Source: Azolla caroliniana (Eukaryota > Plantae > Polypodiophyta). Taken from it: a DNA stretch of 64,000 bases. The DNA lies in NCBI GenBank assembly GCA_043228905.1, contig JBHGNT010000009.1:9052001-9116000 (forward strand). Direction: 5' to 3'. Positions 60,810-64,000 of the stretch are shown here, piece after piece. A program made the position numbers and the translations under genes. The notes below the pieces were generated by a model that saw nothing but the letters and a program-made list of their open reading frames with translations, did no database searches and had not been told where the DNA came from. Positions within the stretch are counted from its first letter, which is position 1. The number at the start of each line of letters is the position of its first letter.

Positions 60810-63800
60810 TGACGGGAACTCAAACGCTCCTTATGTCTAACGCTCGGCCACAACCGAGCTTCTTTTCATACGCAGAAAATGGGAAACAAATGCACGACAC
60901 GAAGTGAGAGAAGATACACACACTACACAGGAGGTTTACGTGGAAAACCCCAAACTAGGGGAAAAACCACGGCAGTCCACAGGCTGCAAACTGTCACTAT
61001 GTAAGAATGTACAAAACAATGAGTCCACGGAGGCAACGACCTCGTGCTCACGATCTTCGCCACTGGCGGCGGTTACAACAGAGGCAACGACCTCTCTCTC
61101 TCTCTCTCTCTCTCTCTGTACAGTTACGCACTCTGATTTCGTGCAAAACAGAAAATGACAACAACAACTAAAAGTTTGCCCTAAGTCATATTTATACTAA
61201 TATGAATTTTCGGCTATTTACAAATATAGCCTCGATGGGCTCTCAGAAACATATTTACGAATATGTCTCTTCCTCCGGTTCTCACCGGTTCTGTATCATC
61301 ACGCTCTCCGTAGCCGGGTACTCCTCATCCGGTTCACACCGGGCCTGCACCATCCGGCTCTCCGTAGCCGGGTACTACTCATCTGGTTCACACCGGGCCT
61401 GTATCATCCGGCTCTCCGTAGCCGGGTACTCCTCATCCGGTTCACACCGGGCCTGTATCATCCGGCTCTCCATAGCCGGGTACTCCTCATCTGGTTCACA
61501 CCGGGCCTGTATCATCCGGCTCTCCGTAGCCAGGTACTCCTCATATCGTTTCGGCCTCGGCCTATTGGTCTCGGTCGAGTTTGGTCGTCGGCACTGTTCT
61601 TCTCCCTTCCCATCCGGAGGGACCTGTCTCCCAACAAACTCCCCCTTCACTCCGGCATGGGGTGTCTTACCAGTCCGATTCTCTTCCGGCATGCATCCAG
61701 CTTGTCGGGTGTCAGCACTTTGGTCAGCATATCTGACCCGTTCTCGGCCGTGTGGATCTTCGTCAGTGCGAACTCCTGGTCATCTACTCTTTCCCGGATC
61801 CAGTGATACCTCCGCTGGATATGCTTCGTCCGGGAATGGTAGGCCGCATTTTTAGCAAGGTGGATGGCACTTTGACTGTCGCAATAGAGTCGGTATTCCT
61901 CTTGCCGTATACCGAGCTCTTCGATGAAGTCCTTCATCCATAAAATTTCCTTGCCGGCTTCCACAGCCGCCATGTACTCCGCCTCCGTGGTTGACAATGC
62001 AACCGTCTTCTGCAGCCTCGACTGCCACGAAAAAGCTCCCCCTGCATATGTCATTACATACCCGGATGTAGACCGGCTGGTATCCACATCAGCTGACATG
62101 TCCGAATCGGTGAAACCGTCTAGTTGAGGTTTTCCAGAGCCGAATTGGAGACACATATTTGAAGTGCCCTTCAAATACCGGAGTATCCATTTGACTGCGT
62201 TCCAGTGCTCCTTGCCGGGATTACTCATGAACCGGCTCACCACTCCGACTGCGTATCCAATATCCGGTCGGGTACAGACCATTGCGTACATCCAGCTCCC
62301 GACAGCAGAGGCATATGGAATCTTCATCATATCTGCCTTCTCTCCTTTCGTCTTCGGGCTTTGCTTGCCGGATAGCTTGCAGTTTGCCAGAAGTGTCGAT
62401 CCGACCGGTTTCGCATCTGACATGTTGAACCGGTGAAGCACCTTTGTCACGTACTTCTCCTGTGACAGCCATAATTGCTTCACTGACCGGTCCCGAATGA
62501 TGTGCATCCCCAGCATCTGTCTTGCCGGACCCAAGTCTTTCATTGAGAAGGTCCGGTTGAGAGCCTTCTTCAGCATCCGTATTTTGACTTGGTCCCGTCC
62601 GACGATCAACATGTCATCCACGTACAGGAGGAGTATCAGGAAGTCCCCTCCTTCGAACTTCTTCACAAACACGCAGTGATCGGCCTGCGTCTTGTGGTAC
62701 CCTTGATCGGTCATGAAGGAGTCGAACTTCCGATACCATTGCCGAGAGCCTGCTTCAGTCCGTATAGGCTCTTCTTCAACCGGCATACCAGGTGCTCCTT
62801 CCCTTTCTCCACAAATCCTTCCGGTTGCTGCATGTAGATCTCTTCTTCGAGGTCGCTGTGAAGGAATGCCATCTTCACGTCTAGCTGCTCTACCTCGAGG
62901 TCCATGCTTGCTGCTATACTCAGCACCGTCCGGATGGAGGTCATCTTTACTACCGGGGCAAATATCTCGTCGAAGTCCACGCCCTTCTTCTGCTGGAACC
63001 CCTTCACCACGATCCTGGCTTTGTATCTCGGGGGGTTGCCGGCATCTCCCGGTTTCAACTTGTACACCCACTTGTTTCGGAGTGCCCGCTTTCCTTTCGG
63101 CAACTCCACCAATTCGTGCGTATGGTTCTCATGCAGGGAATCCATCTCATCCTGCATGGCACTTAACCATTTTCGGCTGTGGGTGTCTTCCTTCGCTTCT
63201 TCGAAGCTTTCCGGCTCCCCCTCATCGGTCAGCAGAACATGCTCTGCATCCGGAAATCTCCGGGGTGCCCTTCTCTCTCTGAGAGGATATCTACGTCTTC
63301 GGGCTTCGGTAACCGGCTCCTCCATTTGCTCTTCATCCGAATCCGATTCGGGGTCTTGGCCGGTTCCGATCTCAGCTTCCTGTACTTCTTCTTCTGCCGG
63401 TTCGGTATCCTCACCGTAACCGGCTGGTTCCTCGAGTGCTAACCGGTCTCTTGCCGGTTGGGTCTGCTCATCGTAGAGTCTATCCTTACCGGTCGACTCG
63501 GAGTTCATTATCTTCTTCTCCGACTCCCAGTCGGCGAGCGTCTTGTCCTCCATGAAGATAATATCTCGACTCCGGAATACCTTCTTGTCGACCAGGTCCC
63601 ACACTCGGTAGCCGAACTCATCCTCACCGTAACCGAGGAATATGCATGGCCGGGTCTTTGGATCTAACTTTCCTCTCCGGTCCTTTGCTACATGCACGTA
63701 CGCGAGACACCCGAACACCCTCAGATGCCGGTAGGACACTTCCTTACCGGTCCATACTCTCTGTGGCGTGTCTCCGTCCAAGGGTACTGAGGGTGATCTG

Positions 63801-64000
63801 TTTATCACATATGTTGTCGTCGACAGTGCCTCAGCCCAAAACTTCTTGGGTAGTTTTGCATGCGCTAGCATACTCCGGACCCTCTCCATTATGGTCTGGT
63901 TCATCCTCTCGGCCAGTCCGTTTAGTTCCGACGTCTTCGGCACGGTAAATTCGAGCCGGATTCCCTTCGAGCGGCAGTACTCCTCGAACTGCCCCCGGTA
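60810..64000 (-). mobile_element. Second copy of copia family A (3' LTR 60810-61636; INT-RT-RH), running off the window
   Basis: Closely similar reverse complement of ~1290-4441. PPT at ~61639-61648; a single frameshift near 62745. Confidence 0.97.

Noticed and set aside
1-64000. Prokaryotic operon, phage or defence system
   Set aside because: Content is plant LTR/LINE retroelements, microsatellites and a land-plant-specific glutaredoxin. No operon-like gene organisation is seen.

Overview
This is eukaryotic land-plant nuclear DNA, most likely from a non-seed plant such as a fern or lycophyte (inferred from Tcn1-like chromoviruses, a tRNA-Trp-primed Ty3/gypsy element and GA-rich intergenic DNA). 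About 80% of the window is nested, partly rearranged retrotransposons: several Ty1/copia families, two chromoviruses, Tat/Ogre-like Ty3/gypsy fragments and two LINE remnants. These surround one clear host gene, an intronless CC-type (ROXY-like) glutaredoxin at 32406-33098. One chromovirus (21370-28231) is complete, with an intact 1477-aa polyprotein and a 5-bp target-site duplication (TSD). The most unusual signals are: (1) two different LTR elements in which the position normally occupied by the polypurine tract (PPT) carries a copy of the tRNA-Arg 3' end, split by a 14-nt hairpin with a compensatory base change (14179-14216 and 57165-57205); (2) a decayed, intron-containing ParB/Srx-like gene at ~18.8-20.3 kb; (3) a circularly permuted INT-PPT-LTR-PBS(Trp)-gag fragment; (4) a palindromic repeat/variable spacer array in the leader of the intact chromovirus. 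All calls were made by eye without database searches.
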